A program made the position numbers and the translations under genes. Shown one piece after another: positions 1-8,130 of a stretch of DNA of 64,000 bases (the stretch's first letter is position 1; each line of letters begins with the position of its first letter). Source of the stretch: an uncultured Bifidobacteriaceae bacterium. GTDB lineage: Bacteria; Actinomycetota; Acidimicrobiia; IMCC26256; PALSA-555. The notes below the pieces were generated by a model. It searched no databases. It was not told the origin of the DNA and worked only from the letters and a program-made list of their open reading frames with translations. The stretch lies in NCBI GenBank assembly GCA_964532485.1, contig CAZHKE010000001.1:68358-132357 (forward strand), written 5' to 3'.

Positions 1-669
1 GCGCCACAGCACCCCCTTGGGCATCCCGGTCGTGCCCCCGGTGTAGAGGATGTAGAGATCGTCGGGCGAGCGGGGCGGGAAGCCGCGCTCGGGCGACGCG
101 GCGGCGAGGGCGTCCTCGTAGTCGATCGCGCCGAGCTGGGCGACGGCCTTCGCGACGGCTCCGCCCCGATCGGACGCAGACGCATCCCCGTCGTCGATGA
201 CCACGAAGTGCCGGAGCTTCGGGGCGTCGCCGCGCACCTCGGCGACCATCGGGGCGAACGTCCGCTCGAAGACGATCGCAACCGCGTCGGAGTTGTCGAG
301 CATGTAGCGCAGCTCGTCGGCGACGTACCGGTAGTTGACGTTGATGACCGAAGCCCGGGCCTTGTAGATGCCGAGCTCGGCCTCGATCCACTCGGCCCGG
401 TTCCACGAGAGCACCGCGACGTGGTCGCCGCTCGCGACGCCATGGTCGAGCAGATGGTGGCCGAGGCGGTTGGCTCGCTCGTCGAGCTGGCGGTACGTCC
501 ACCGGACGTCGGTCCCTCGAGCGTGGCCGTTCGCCGGAGCCGGGCACACGAGCGCCGTGCGGTCGGGGACGGTGTCGGCGACGATCTCGAAGAGGTCGGC
601 GAGGTTGAACGTCCGGGTGGAGGCCCGCTCCGGAGTCGGGTTGCCGGACACGGCCGGTGAGTAGAACAT
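1..669 (-). CDS. Acyl-CoA synthetase (AMP-dependent ligase, FadD-like), N-terminal 223 codons; the 3' end lies beyond the window start
   Basis: Own minus-strand translation from the ATG (complement of 667-669): MFYSPAVSGNPTPERASTRTFNLADLFEIV...DDLYILYTGGTTGMPKGVLWR. Carries the AMP-binding motif YTGGTTGxPKG and aligns with the paralog at 16473-18098. Missing from the ORF track because there is no stop codon inside the window. Confidence 0.8.
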   Translation of the reverse strand, partial: MFYSPAVSGNPTPERASTRTFNLADLFEIVADTVPDRTALVCPAPANGHARGTDVRWTYRQLDERANRLGHHLLDHGVASGDHVAVLSWNRAEWIEAELGIYKARASVINVNYRYVADELRYMLDNSDAVAIVFERTFAPMVAEVRGDAPKLRHFVVIDDGDASASDRGGAVAKAVAQLGAIDYEDALAAASPERGFPPRSPDDLYILYTGGTTGMPKGVLWR

Positions 670-758
670 GTTCTCGTCCGCTGCCGCCAGCCCGGCGGGC
701 GTCAGCTGCGGAGTGAGCGACCGCGGGCCGGGTATCCCGGTCCGCAGCGAAGGACGCA

Positions 759-1574
759 ATGGAGATGAGCGACACGGCGGGGTTGCTGGACGGACGGGTC
801 GCCGTCGTCTCGGGGATCGGCCCCGGGATGGGCCGGGCGATCGCGCTGGAGCTGGCCCGGGCCGGGGCCGACGTGGCGCTGGCCGCTCGCCGGGAGGTGT
901 CCATGGCACCCGTCGCCGAGGAGATCGCGGCGCTCGGGCGCCGGGTCGTCACGGTGGCGACAGACATCGCCGAGGCCGCGGCGTGCGCCCGACTCGCCGA
1001 GACCGCGGCCGCCGAGCTCGGGCAGGTCGACGTGCTCGTGAACAACGCGTTCGCCGAGGAGGACTGGCACGACCCGTTCGACGGGTTCGAACCGGAGCGC
1101 TGGCGCCGGCCGATCGACGTCAACGTGTTCGGCACGCTCCAACTCACGCAGGCGTGCGTGCCCCATCTTCGCAAGGCCGTCGCCGACCACGGCGACGCGT
1201 CCGTCGTGATGATCACGACGCTGTCGGTGCGCAACCCCATCCCGCTGCTGGCGGGCTACGCGGCGTCGAAGCGCGCGCTGACCACGGCCGCGCACGTGCT
1301 CGCGAAGGAGCTCGGCCCGTCGAAGGTGCGCGTCAACTGCGTCGCGCCCGGGCACATACGCGGTGGGTCGCTCGACGAGTACTTCGAGTGGATCGCCGAG
1401 CAGCGCCAGATCGCGCCCACCGAGGTCGCCGACGAGATCGCGGCGATGAACCCGCTGCACCACATCGCGTCACCGGAGGAGATCGCGCCCGCCGTCTTGT
1501 TCTTCGCGTCGCCACTGGCGCGGGTCGTCACGGGCCAGACGCTCGACGTGAACTGCGGCCGCACCATGAGCTGA
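759..1574 (+). CDS. Short-chain dehydrogenase/reductase (SDR)
   Basis: 271-aa ORF with VVSGIGPGMG nucleotide-binding motif, NNAF, catalytic GYAASKRAL (YxxxK) and C-terminal VTGQTLDVNCG. Tandem paralog of 1659-2438. Confidence 0.85.
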   Translation: MEMSDTAGLLDGRVAVVSGIGPGMGRAIALELARAGADVALAARREVSMAPVAEEIAALGRRVVTVATDIAEAAACARLAETAAAELGQVDVLVNNAFAEEDWHDPFDGFEPERWRRPIDVNVFGTLQLTQACVPHLRKAVADHGDASVVMITTLSVRNPIPLLAGYAASKRALTTAAHVLAKELGPSKVRVNCVAPGHIRGGSLDEYFEWIAEQRQIAPTEVADEIAAMNPLHHIASPEEIAPAVLFFASPLARVVTGQTLDVNCGRTMS

Positions 1575-1595
1575 ACGGAGGCGTACCCCATTTGA

Positions 1596-1633
1596 TGCGT
1601 CTCTCACCCCGAGATGCGCGGGTGAGAGACGCA
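1596..1633. repeat. Hairpin repeat, copy A (14-bp perfect inverted repeat, 10-nt loop)
   Basis: TGCGTCTCTCACCC-CGAGATGCGC-GGGTGAGAGACGCA lies in the 84-bp gap between two co-directional SDR genes. Related copies are at 10384-10421 and 54532-54569. Confidence 0.7.
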
Positions 1634-1658
1634 ACCAGAGGAAAGGGAGCACACGCGG

Positions 1659-2438
1659 ATGTTGCTGAAGGACAAGCGTTGCATCGTCTCGGGGATCGGG
1701 CCGGGGCTGGGAAAGGAGATCGCGCTGGCGTTCGCCCGCGAGGGCGCCGACGTCGCGCTCGGCGCCCGCACCGAGTCGTACCTCGAGGAGGTGCACGGCG
1801 AGATCGAGGCGCTCGGCCGGCGAGCCGTGCACGTGCGCACCGACATCACCGATCAGGCGCACTGTGACGCGCTCGTGCAGGCGACGGTGGACGCGTTCGG
1901 CGGCGTCGACGTGCTCGTGCACAACGCGTTCGCCCCCGACGTCTTCCAGCGCTTCGAGGACGTCGACCTCGCGGCATGGCGTCACATCATGGACGTGAAC
2001 CTCTTCGGGAGCCTCCAGCTCACGAAGTCGGTCATCCCGCAGATGAAGTCCCAGGGCGGCGGGTCGATCGTGTTCGTGAACTCGATGATCATCCGCAAGG
2101 TCCTGCCGCTCCAGGGTGGGTACGCCACGTCCAAGGGCGCGCTGATGACGGCTGCGCAGGTGCTCGCCAAGGAGCTCGGCCCCCACAAGATCCGCGTCAA
2201 CTCGATCGTGCCCGGTTGGATGTGGGGCCCGTCGGTCGAGGGCTACATGCAGATCCTCGCCTCGGGATCGGGCAAGACGCCCCAGGACCACTACGACGAG
2301 ATCGCGGCCGAGATCGCGCTCGGCGAGATCCCTCCCGACGACGACTGCGCGAACGCGGCCGTCTTCTTCGCGTCCGACCTGTCGTCGGTCATCACCGGCC
2401 AGGCGCTCGACGTGAACGGCGGCGAGGTGTTCCACTGA
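1659..2438 (+). CDS. Short-chain dehydrogenase/reductase (SDR)
   Basis: 259-aa ORF with IVSGIGPGLG, HNAF, GYATSKGAL (YxxxK) and ITGQALDVNGG. A purine-rich GGAAAGGGAG lies about 10 nt upstream of the ATG. Confidence 0.85.
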   Translation: MLLKDKRCIVSGIGPGLGKEIALAFAREGADVALGARTESYLEEVHGEIEALGRRAVHVRTDITDQAHCDALVQATVDAFGGVDVLVHNAFAPDVFQRFEDVDLAAWRHIMDVNLFGSLQLTKSVIPQMKSQGGGSIVFVNSMIIRKVLPLQGGYATSKGALMTAAQVLAKELGPHKIRVNSIVPGWMWGPSVEGYMQILASGSGKTPQDHYDEIAAEIALGEIPPDDDCANAAVFFASDLSSVITGQALDVNGGEVFH

Positions 2439-2518
2439 GCCGCGAACGCGCCGAGCGCGCGCTCGACGCGGCGGCGACGGACCTCGGCACCGCGCTCGGT
2501 GTCGATGGGCCCGCGCTC

Positions 2519-3463
2519 GTGGGCGAGCGCGCCGAGATCCTCGGCATCGCGCCCGAGGGGACGGTGTCGGCGGGTGGCTCGTGCCGACTCCTGCCGTCGC
2601 GCGACGGGCGGTGGGCCGCGATCAACCTCTCCCGGCGCGGCGACGTCGAGCTCCTCGCGGCGTGGATGGAGCACGACTGGGACGGCCCCGCGTGGGACGC
2701 CGTGGCCCGGCACCTCGGGTCGGTCGATGCCGAGCCGGCGGTGGCGCGGGCCCAGCTGCTGGGGATCCCGGCCGCCGTGGCCGTCGCCGCGGGATCGGAG
2801 GCGACGCCGGTGCGCGTGAAGCGTGGTGGCCCGAGCGGGCGCGCTCGCGCCGATCGCCGGCCGGTCGTCCTCGACTGCTCGGCACTGTGGGCGGGACCGC
2901 TGTGCGCCCGCCTCCTCGGCGAGCGTGGCGCGCTGGTCCGCAAGGTGGAGCTCGCGGACCGGCCCGACGGCGCCCGCGCCGGCCCTCCGGAGTTCTGGCG
3001 CCGTCTCAACGGATCGAAGGAGGAGATCGCGGTCGAGCGGCACGAGCTGCCCCGTCTGGTCGAGGGTGCCGACGTCGTCGTGACGTCCGCCCGTCCACGG
3101 GCGATCGAGCAGCTCGGCCTCGACCTCGAGCATCGGGTTCGCGACGACGGGCTGGTGTGGGTCTCGATCACGGGCTACGGGTACCAAGGCACGTGGCGCG
3201 ACCGCGTCGCGTTCGGCGACGACGCCGCGGTGGCGGGCGGCCTCGCGGTCGCCGCCGGTGGCCCAGACGCGCCGGTCTTCGTCGGCGACGCGCCGGCCGA
3301 CCCGCTGGCGGGGCTGCACGGGGCACGGGCCGCGTCGTCGCTGCTCGACGAGGGTGTCGGCGCCACGATCGACGTGTCCTTGCGCGACGCGGTCGCGCAG
3401 GCCGTGGCGTCCGACGGGTACGGTGCACGGGTGCGGCCTGCACGTGTCCAGGAGGTGGCGTGA
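2519..3463 (+). CDS. Atypical family III CoA-transferase-like protein (CaiB/BaiF-like core); start uncertain
   Basis: C-terminal part of track ORF 1976-3463. VVLDCSALWAGPLCARLLGERGALVRKVE..RPDGAR and LVWVSITGYGYQG...FGDDAAVAGGL match the family III layout, but behind an extra N-terminal region of about 100 aa and without the usual long C-terminal part. GTG 2519 is the first canonical start after the upstream SDR stop. Confidence 0.55.
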   Translation: MGERAEILGIAPEGTVSAGGSCRLLPSRDGRWAAINLSRRGDVELLAAWMEHDWDGPAWDAVARHLGSVDAEPAVARAQLLGIPAAVAVAAGSEATPVRVKRGGPSGRARADRRPVVLDCSALWAGPLCARLLGERGALVRKVELADRPDGARAGPPEFWRRLNGSKEEIAVERHELPRLVEGADVVVTSARPRAIEQLGLDLEHRVRDDGLVWVSITGYGYQGTWRDRVAFGDDAAVAGGLAVAAGGPDAPVFVGDAPADPLAGLHGARAASSLLDEGVGATIDVSLRDAVAQAVASDGYGARVRPARVQEVA

Positions 3464-3957
3464 TGGCCCGGCTCGATCTTCCTGAAGGTGACCAGCCCGA
3501 GATCGTGCGGGTGTGGTCGCTGCGACCCGAGATGGGCGGCGCGGTCGCGCAGCTCTCGACGGCCGTGTACCAAGAGAGTCAGCTGCCCGCACGCGTGCGG
3601 GAGGCCGCCCGAATGCGCGTCGCCGAGATCAACGGCTGCGTCGTCTGCCAGGGCTGGCGGATCCCCGAGCTCGCCGAGCAAGGCGTCGACGAGGAGCTCT
3701 ACGCGCACGTCTCCGAGTGGCAGGACCACCCCCAGTACTCGGAGCAGGAGCGCCTGGCGATCGAGTACGCCGAGATGTTCTGCCTCGACCATCGCAACAT
3801 CGACGACGCGTTCTTCGCGCGGCTCAAGGAGCACTTCACCGACCCGGAGATCCTCGACCTCACGATCTGCATCGGCAACTGGGTCGCGTTCGGCCGCCTG
3901 ACGATGCTCCTCGACCTCGACGAAGCGTGCGAGGTGCGCCCGCGCGCGCAGGTCTGA
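3463..3957 (+). CDS. Carboxymuconolactone decarboxylase (AhpD-like) family protein
   Basis: MARLDLPEGDQPEIV...INGCVVCQGW (CxxC)...ERLAIEYAEMF; a 164-aa helical AhpD/CMD-type pattern. The ATG overlaps the upstream stop (TGATG). Confidence 0.65.
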   Translation: MARLDLPEGDQPEIVRVWSLRPEMGGAVAQLSTAVYQESQLPARVREAARMRVAEINGCVVCQGWRIPELAEQGVDEELYAHVSEWQDHPQYSEQERLAIEYAEMFCLDHRNIDDAFFARLKEHFTDPEILDLTICIGNWVAFGRLTMLLDLDEACEVRPRAQV

Positions 3958-3967
3958 GCGTGCGCGC

Positions 3968-5185
3968 GTGACGCAGGCGACCGCGCCTCCTGGCGCCGCG
4001 GGCCCCGACCTCTTCGACCTCGGGCTGTTCGCAGACGGGCCACCCCACGAGGTGTTCCGGCGCCTGCGCGCCGAGTCGCCCGTCTGCTTCCTCCCCGAGC
4101 CCGACGGGCCCGGGTACTGGGGCGTGTTCGGCTACGAGGACGTGTTCGAGGTGTCGCGCCACCCGCAGACGTTCGGCTCGCATCCGTCCACGTTCATCAG
4201 GGACAACCCCGACGGTGATGGCGGCGCGGGTGAGCTCATGCTCAACCAGGACCCCCCGCGCCACACGCAGCTGCGCAAGCTCGTCAACAAGGGCTTCACG
4301 CCTCGCCAGATCAACGCCCTCGAGCCGCGGATCCGCGAGATGGTCGTGCGGATCCTCGACGACGCCGCAGCGAGGGGGAGCTTCGACCTCGTGACCGACG
4401 TCGCGGTCGAGGTGCCGCTCCAGGTGATCGCCGAGCTCGTCGGCGTGCCGACGAAGGAGCGGCACACGGTCTTCGCGTGGACCGAGACCATGATGAGCCT
4501 GGACGACCCCGAGGTCGGCGCGACGATCGAGGATGCGCACCAGGCGATGAGCGAGATGTTCGCCTACGCGGATCGCCTCGCCGCCGAGCGCGCCGACGGC
4601 GACGGCTCCGACCTGCTGAGCGTCCTGCTCCGAGCCGAGGTGGACGGCGCGCGCCTCTCGGCGATGGACGTCGACCTGTTCTTCATGCTGCTCATGAACG
4701 CCGGCAGCGAGACGACCCGCAACCTCATCACCGGAGGGACCCTGGCGCTCTTCGAGCACCCCGAGGAGCGGGCGCGGCTGGCAGGCGATCCGGTGCTCCT
4801 CCCGACGGCGATCGAGGAGATGCTGCGCTGGGTCACACCCGTGATGCACTTCCGTCGCACCGCCCGTACCGACACCGAGCTGGGTGGGCAGCAGATCCGC
4901 GAGGGCGACAAGGTCGTGATGTGGTACTCCTCGGCCAACCGGGACGAGTCGCACTTCTCCGACGCCGATCGCTTCGACGTCGGGCGCACGCCGAACGAGC
5001 ACGTCGCCTTCGGTGCCGGGGGCCCGCACTTCTGCCTCGGCGCGAGCCTCGCTCGGCTCGAGGCGCGGGTGATGTTCGAGGAGCTGCTCGCACGGATGCC
5101 GGGGCTCGCCCCCGACGGTCCCGTCAAGCGCCTGGGCTCGAACTTCATCAACGGCATCAAGTCGCTGCCCGTCCGCACCACCTGA
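3968..5185 (+). CDS. Cytochrome P450 monooxygenase
   Basis: 405 aa with I-helix MNAGSETT, ExxR (EEMLRW) and heme-thiolate loop FGAGGPHFCLGASLARLE. GTG start. Confidence 0.9.
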   Translation: MTQATAPPGAAGPDLFDLGLFADGPPHEVFRRLRAESPVCFLPEPDGPGYWGVFGYEDVFEVSRHPQTFGSHPSTFIRDNPDGDGGAGELMLNQDPPRHTQLRKLVNKGFTPRQINALEPRIREMVVRILDDAAARGSFDLVTDVAVEVPLQVIAELVGVPTKERHTVFAWTETMMSLDDPEVGATIEDAHQAMSEMFAYADRLAAERADGDGSDLLSVLLRAEVDGARLSAMDVDLFFMLLMNAGSETTRNLITGGTLALFEHPEERARLAGDPVLLPTAIEEMLRWVTPVMHFRRTARTDTELGGQQIREGDKVVMWYSSANRDESHFSDADRFDVGRTPNEHVAFGAGGPHFCLGASLARLEARVMFEELLARMPGLAPDGPVKRLGSNFINGIKSLPVRTT

Positions 5186-5194
5186 GGCCGCGGC

Positions 5195-5881
5195 GTGCAC
5201 CGTCCGCTCGATGGCAAGCGCGTCGTCGTGACGGGCACCGAGCGCGACTTCGGTCGTGAGCTGCTCGACGGTGTCCTCGGTGGCGGGCCGTCCCACGCCA
5301 GTGGCATCGCGACCAGCGCACTCGAGACTCGGGCGCAGGTCGACGTCCAGCTCGCCGCCGCGGCCGAGCGCGCCCGTGGCCCGGTCGACGTCGTCGTCCA
5401 TGTCGCGATGCCCGAGGTCGCCTTCGAGGCGATCGACTTCGCCGAGGTCGACGACGCGCGCTGGGAAGCGGTGTGGGAGGGCACGATGCGCCCGACGCTG
5501 TTCGTGCTGCAGGCGGCGTTTCGCGAGATGCAGGGTCGAGGCGGCAGCATCGTGCTCGTCACGCCGACGGTCTCGATGTCGGGTGCGGAGCGGCTCGTGC
5601 CGTACACGGTGGCCGTCGAGGGCCAGCGGCTGCTCGCGAAGTCGGCGGCGCGGCAGTGGGGACCTGACGGCATCCGCGTGAACTGCGTCGCGCCCGCGCC
5701 GGAGCACTCCGCCGTCGGTGTCGAGTCGACGGCGGTGTCGCTCGCGCCGCCCGCGCTGGGCGGGCCCGGTGACGTGGTTGCCGACATCGCACCGGTCGTC
5801 GTGTGGCTCGCCAGCGACGCGGCTCACTTCGTGACCGGCGTGACGGTCTGCGCCGACGGCGGCGTCTGGATGGCACCGTGA
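5195..5881 (+). CDS. Degenerate SDR-like protein (probable non-catalytic subunit)
   Basis: 228 aa with SDR fold signatures (VVVTGTERDFG, IRVNCVAP, VTGVTVCADGG). The Gly motif is degraded and the YxxxK Lys is replaced (PYTVAVEG). Its stop overlaps the next SDR start (GTGA). Confidence 0.65.
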   Translation: MHRPLDGKRVVVTGTERDFGRELLDGVLGGGPSHASGIATSALETRAQVDVQLAAAAERARGPVDVVVHVAMPEVAFEAIDFAEVDDARWEAVWEGTMRPTLFVLQAAFREMQGRGGSIVLVTPTVSMSGAERLVPYTVAVEGQRLLAKSAARQWGPDGIRVNCVAPAPEHSAVGVESTAVSLAPPALGGPGDVVADIAPVVVWLASDAAHFVTGVTVCADGGVWMAP

Positions 5882-6675
5882 GCTCGCCTGGTTCTGGTTC
5901 GGGTTCGGGCGGAGACCGTCTCGCGGGCCGAACCGTCGTCGTGACCGGGGCGGGCCAGGGGGTCGGCGAGGGGATCGCGAGGGCGTGCGCCGCCCAGGGG
6001 GCGAACGTCGTGATCGCGGCCCGGCGCGCCGAGACGGGTGAGCCGGTCGCGGCGTCGATCCGTGAGCGCGGCGACGAGGCGGTGTGCATCGTCACCGACG
6101 TCACGAGCCGCGACTCGATGACGGCGTGCGTCGCCGAGACCATCGAACGCTACGGCGGCCTCGAGGTCATGGTGCACAACGCATACCGGGGCGCGGCGCC
6201 GCACCGGCTGGAGGAGCTCGACGTCGAGCTGTGGGACCGGAACTCGCGCACGGCGGTCTGGGGCTCGTACTACAGCGCGGTGCTGGCGTTCCCTCACCTG
6301 CGCGATGCGGGCGCGCGGGGTCGTCTCATCCTCATCACGTCGCCGTCGGGCGTGGAGGGCAGCGTCAACATCCCGATCTACTCGCCGGTCAAGGCGGCGC
6401 AGCGCGCCATGGCCAAGAGCCTGTCGCGGGAGTGGGGGCCGCTCGGGATCACCGTCAACTGCATCGCGCCCGTCGCCGCGAGCCCCGCGCTCATGGGCGC
6501 GTTCGAGCAGAACCCCGTCCTCGAGGAGCGTGTGACGGCACGCACCTCTCTGCGGCGAATCGGCGACCTCGAGCACGACATCGGCCCCGTCGCCGTGTTC
6601 CTCGCGAGTGGCGACGGCGGCTACGTCACCGGCCAGACGATCGTCTGCGACGGTGGCAGCTTCATGGGCCTGTGA
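5878..6675 (+). CDS. Short-chain dehydrogenase/reductase (SDR)
   Basis: In frame with track ORF 5803-6675. GTG 5878 overlaps the upstream stop. Motifs VVVTGAGQGVGEG, HNAY, IYSPVKAAQ (YxxxK), VTGQTIVCDGG. Confidence 0.8.
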   Translation: MSSPGSGSGSGGDRLAGRTVVVTGAGQGVGEGIARACAAQGANVVIAARRAETGEPVAASIRERGDEAVCIVTDVTSRDSMTACVAETIERYGGLEVMVHNAYRGAAPHRLEELDVELWDRNSRTAVWGSYYSAVLAFPHLRDAGARGRLILITSPSGVEGSVNIPIYSPVKAAQRAMAKSLSREWGPLGITVNCIAPVAASPALMGAFEQNPVLEERVTARTSLRRIGDLEHDIGPVAVFLASGDGGYVTGQTIVCDGGSFMGL

Positions 6676-6696
6676 CGGCGCCGGCGCGCTCGGGGG

Positions 6697-8130
6697 TCAG
6701 CGCCGGCCGAGCTCCTCACGGACGGTGCGCCGCAGGATCTTGCCGGTCGCGGTCTGGGGCAGCTCGTCTCGGATGGCGATGGTCTCGGGCGTCTTGAGGC
6801 CGCCGAGGTGCTCGTGCACGTGCGCGCGCAGCTCCGCCTCGTCGGTCGCCGCGCCGGCGCGCAGCGACACCATCGCGACGATGCGCTCGCCCCACTCCTC
6901 GTCCGGCACACCTACGACGGCCGCGGCCCCCACGGCGCGGTGGTGCAGCAGCACGTCCTCGACCTCCGCCGGCGCCACGTTCTCCCCGCCACGGATGATC
7001 GTGTCGTCGCCCCGTCCCTCGACGTAGAGGTAGCCCTCGCCGTCGATGCGACCCTGGTCGCCGGTGTGCAGCCAGCCGTCGCCGTCGCGGTGCGAGCCGC
7101 CGCCCACGTAGCGGCCCGAGACCTGGGCGCCGCGCACGCAGATCTCGCCGATCGAGCCGTCGGTGACCTCGCCGCCGTCGGCGCCGACGATCCGCACCTC
7201 GATGCCGGGGACGGGCCGCCCGACCGACCCCAGCCGGGCACGCGCGGCCGGGTCGTCGCTCGCGGCCGCGGTCCGGTGATCGTCGGGCCCGAGGACGCAG
7301 ACGGTGCTGCTCGTCTCCGTCAGCCCGTACGCGTTCACGAAGCCCGCGTCGGGCAGGAGGTCGAGCGCACGTGCGAGCACGGGCGCGGGCATGCGCGCCC
7401 CGCCGTACACGAGGTGTCGCAGCGTCGACGGGCAGAGGCTCGAATCGGCCTCGAGCGCGTGCACGATGCGCGCCAGCATCGTCGGCACGACGAACGCATG
7501 CGTGACCTGCTCGCGGTTCGCGGTCTCGAGCCAGGCCTCGGGCGTGAATCGCGGCAGCGGCACGATGCGGCGTCCCGCGTACGTCGAGCTCAGCACCGCG
7601 GTGACGCCCGCGATGTGGAACGGCGGGACCGACAGCAGCACGGCCTCGTCGTCGCCGGCCGACGCGAACTCGACGGTGTTGATCTGGTACGCGAGGAGCT
7701 GATCGTGCTCGAGCACGGCAGCCTTCGGCTCCGCCGACGTGCCGCTCGTGAACAGGAGCACGGCCGGGCGCTCGGGCTCGTCGGGGTACGTCTGATCACC
7801 GGCGCCTGTCATCGCGATCCACGACTCGTCGGCGACCACCACCGGCTCGAGCCGGTGCAGCAGCGCGTCGCGAGCCTCGGCGGGCAGCCGGTAGTTGATC
7901 GGCGCGTACGACACGCCCGCCCATGCGGCGCCGAACACGACGGCCGGGACGAGCGGCGACGTCTCGCTGACCAGCGCGACGTCGTCGGCATCGGCGCGGG
8001 CCAGGTGCGCGCCGATCGCGACCGCGCGCTGGCGCAGGTCGGCATACGTCAACCCGCCGTCACGTGGCCCGATGGCGACGCGGTCGCCGAAGCCGTCCGC
8101 GGCGATCTCCAGCAGCATGGCGATGTTCAC
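6697..8130 (-). CDS. Acyl-CoA synthetase / AMP-dependent ligase
   Basis: 477 aa with LLFTSGTSAEPKAAV AMP-binding motif, GYGLTETSS-like LTETSS, and C-terminal GKILRR. The GTG start overlaps the upstream crotonase stop. Confidence 0.85.
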   Translation of the reverse strand: MNIAMLLEIAADGFGDRVAIGPRDGGLTYADLRQRAVAIGAHLARADADDVALVSETSPLVPAVVFGAAWAGVSYAPINYRLPAEARDALLHRLEPVVVADESWIAMTGAGDQTYPDEPERPAVLLFTSGTSAEPKAAVLEHDQLLAYQINTVEFASAGDDEAVLLSVPPFHIAGVTAVLSSTYAGRRIVPLPRFTPEAWLETANREQVTHAFVVPTMLARIVHALEADSSLCPSTLRHLVYGGARMPAPVLARALDLLPDAGFVNAYGLTETSSTVCVLGPDDHRTAAASDDPAARARLGSVGRPVPGIEVRIVGADGGEVTDGSIGEICVRGAQVSGRYVGGGSHRDGDGWLHTGDQGRIDGEGYLYVEGRGDDTIIRGGENVAPAEVEDVLLHHRAVGAAAVVGVPDEEWGERIVAMVSLRAGAATDEAELRAHVHEHLGGLKTPETIAIRDELPQTATGKILRRTVREELGRR

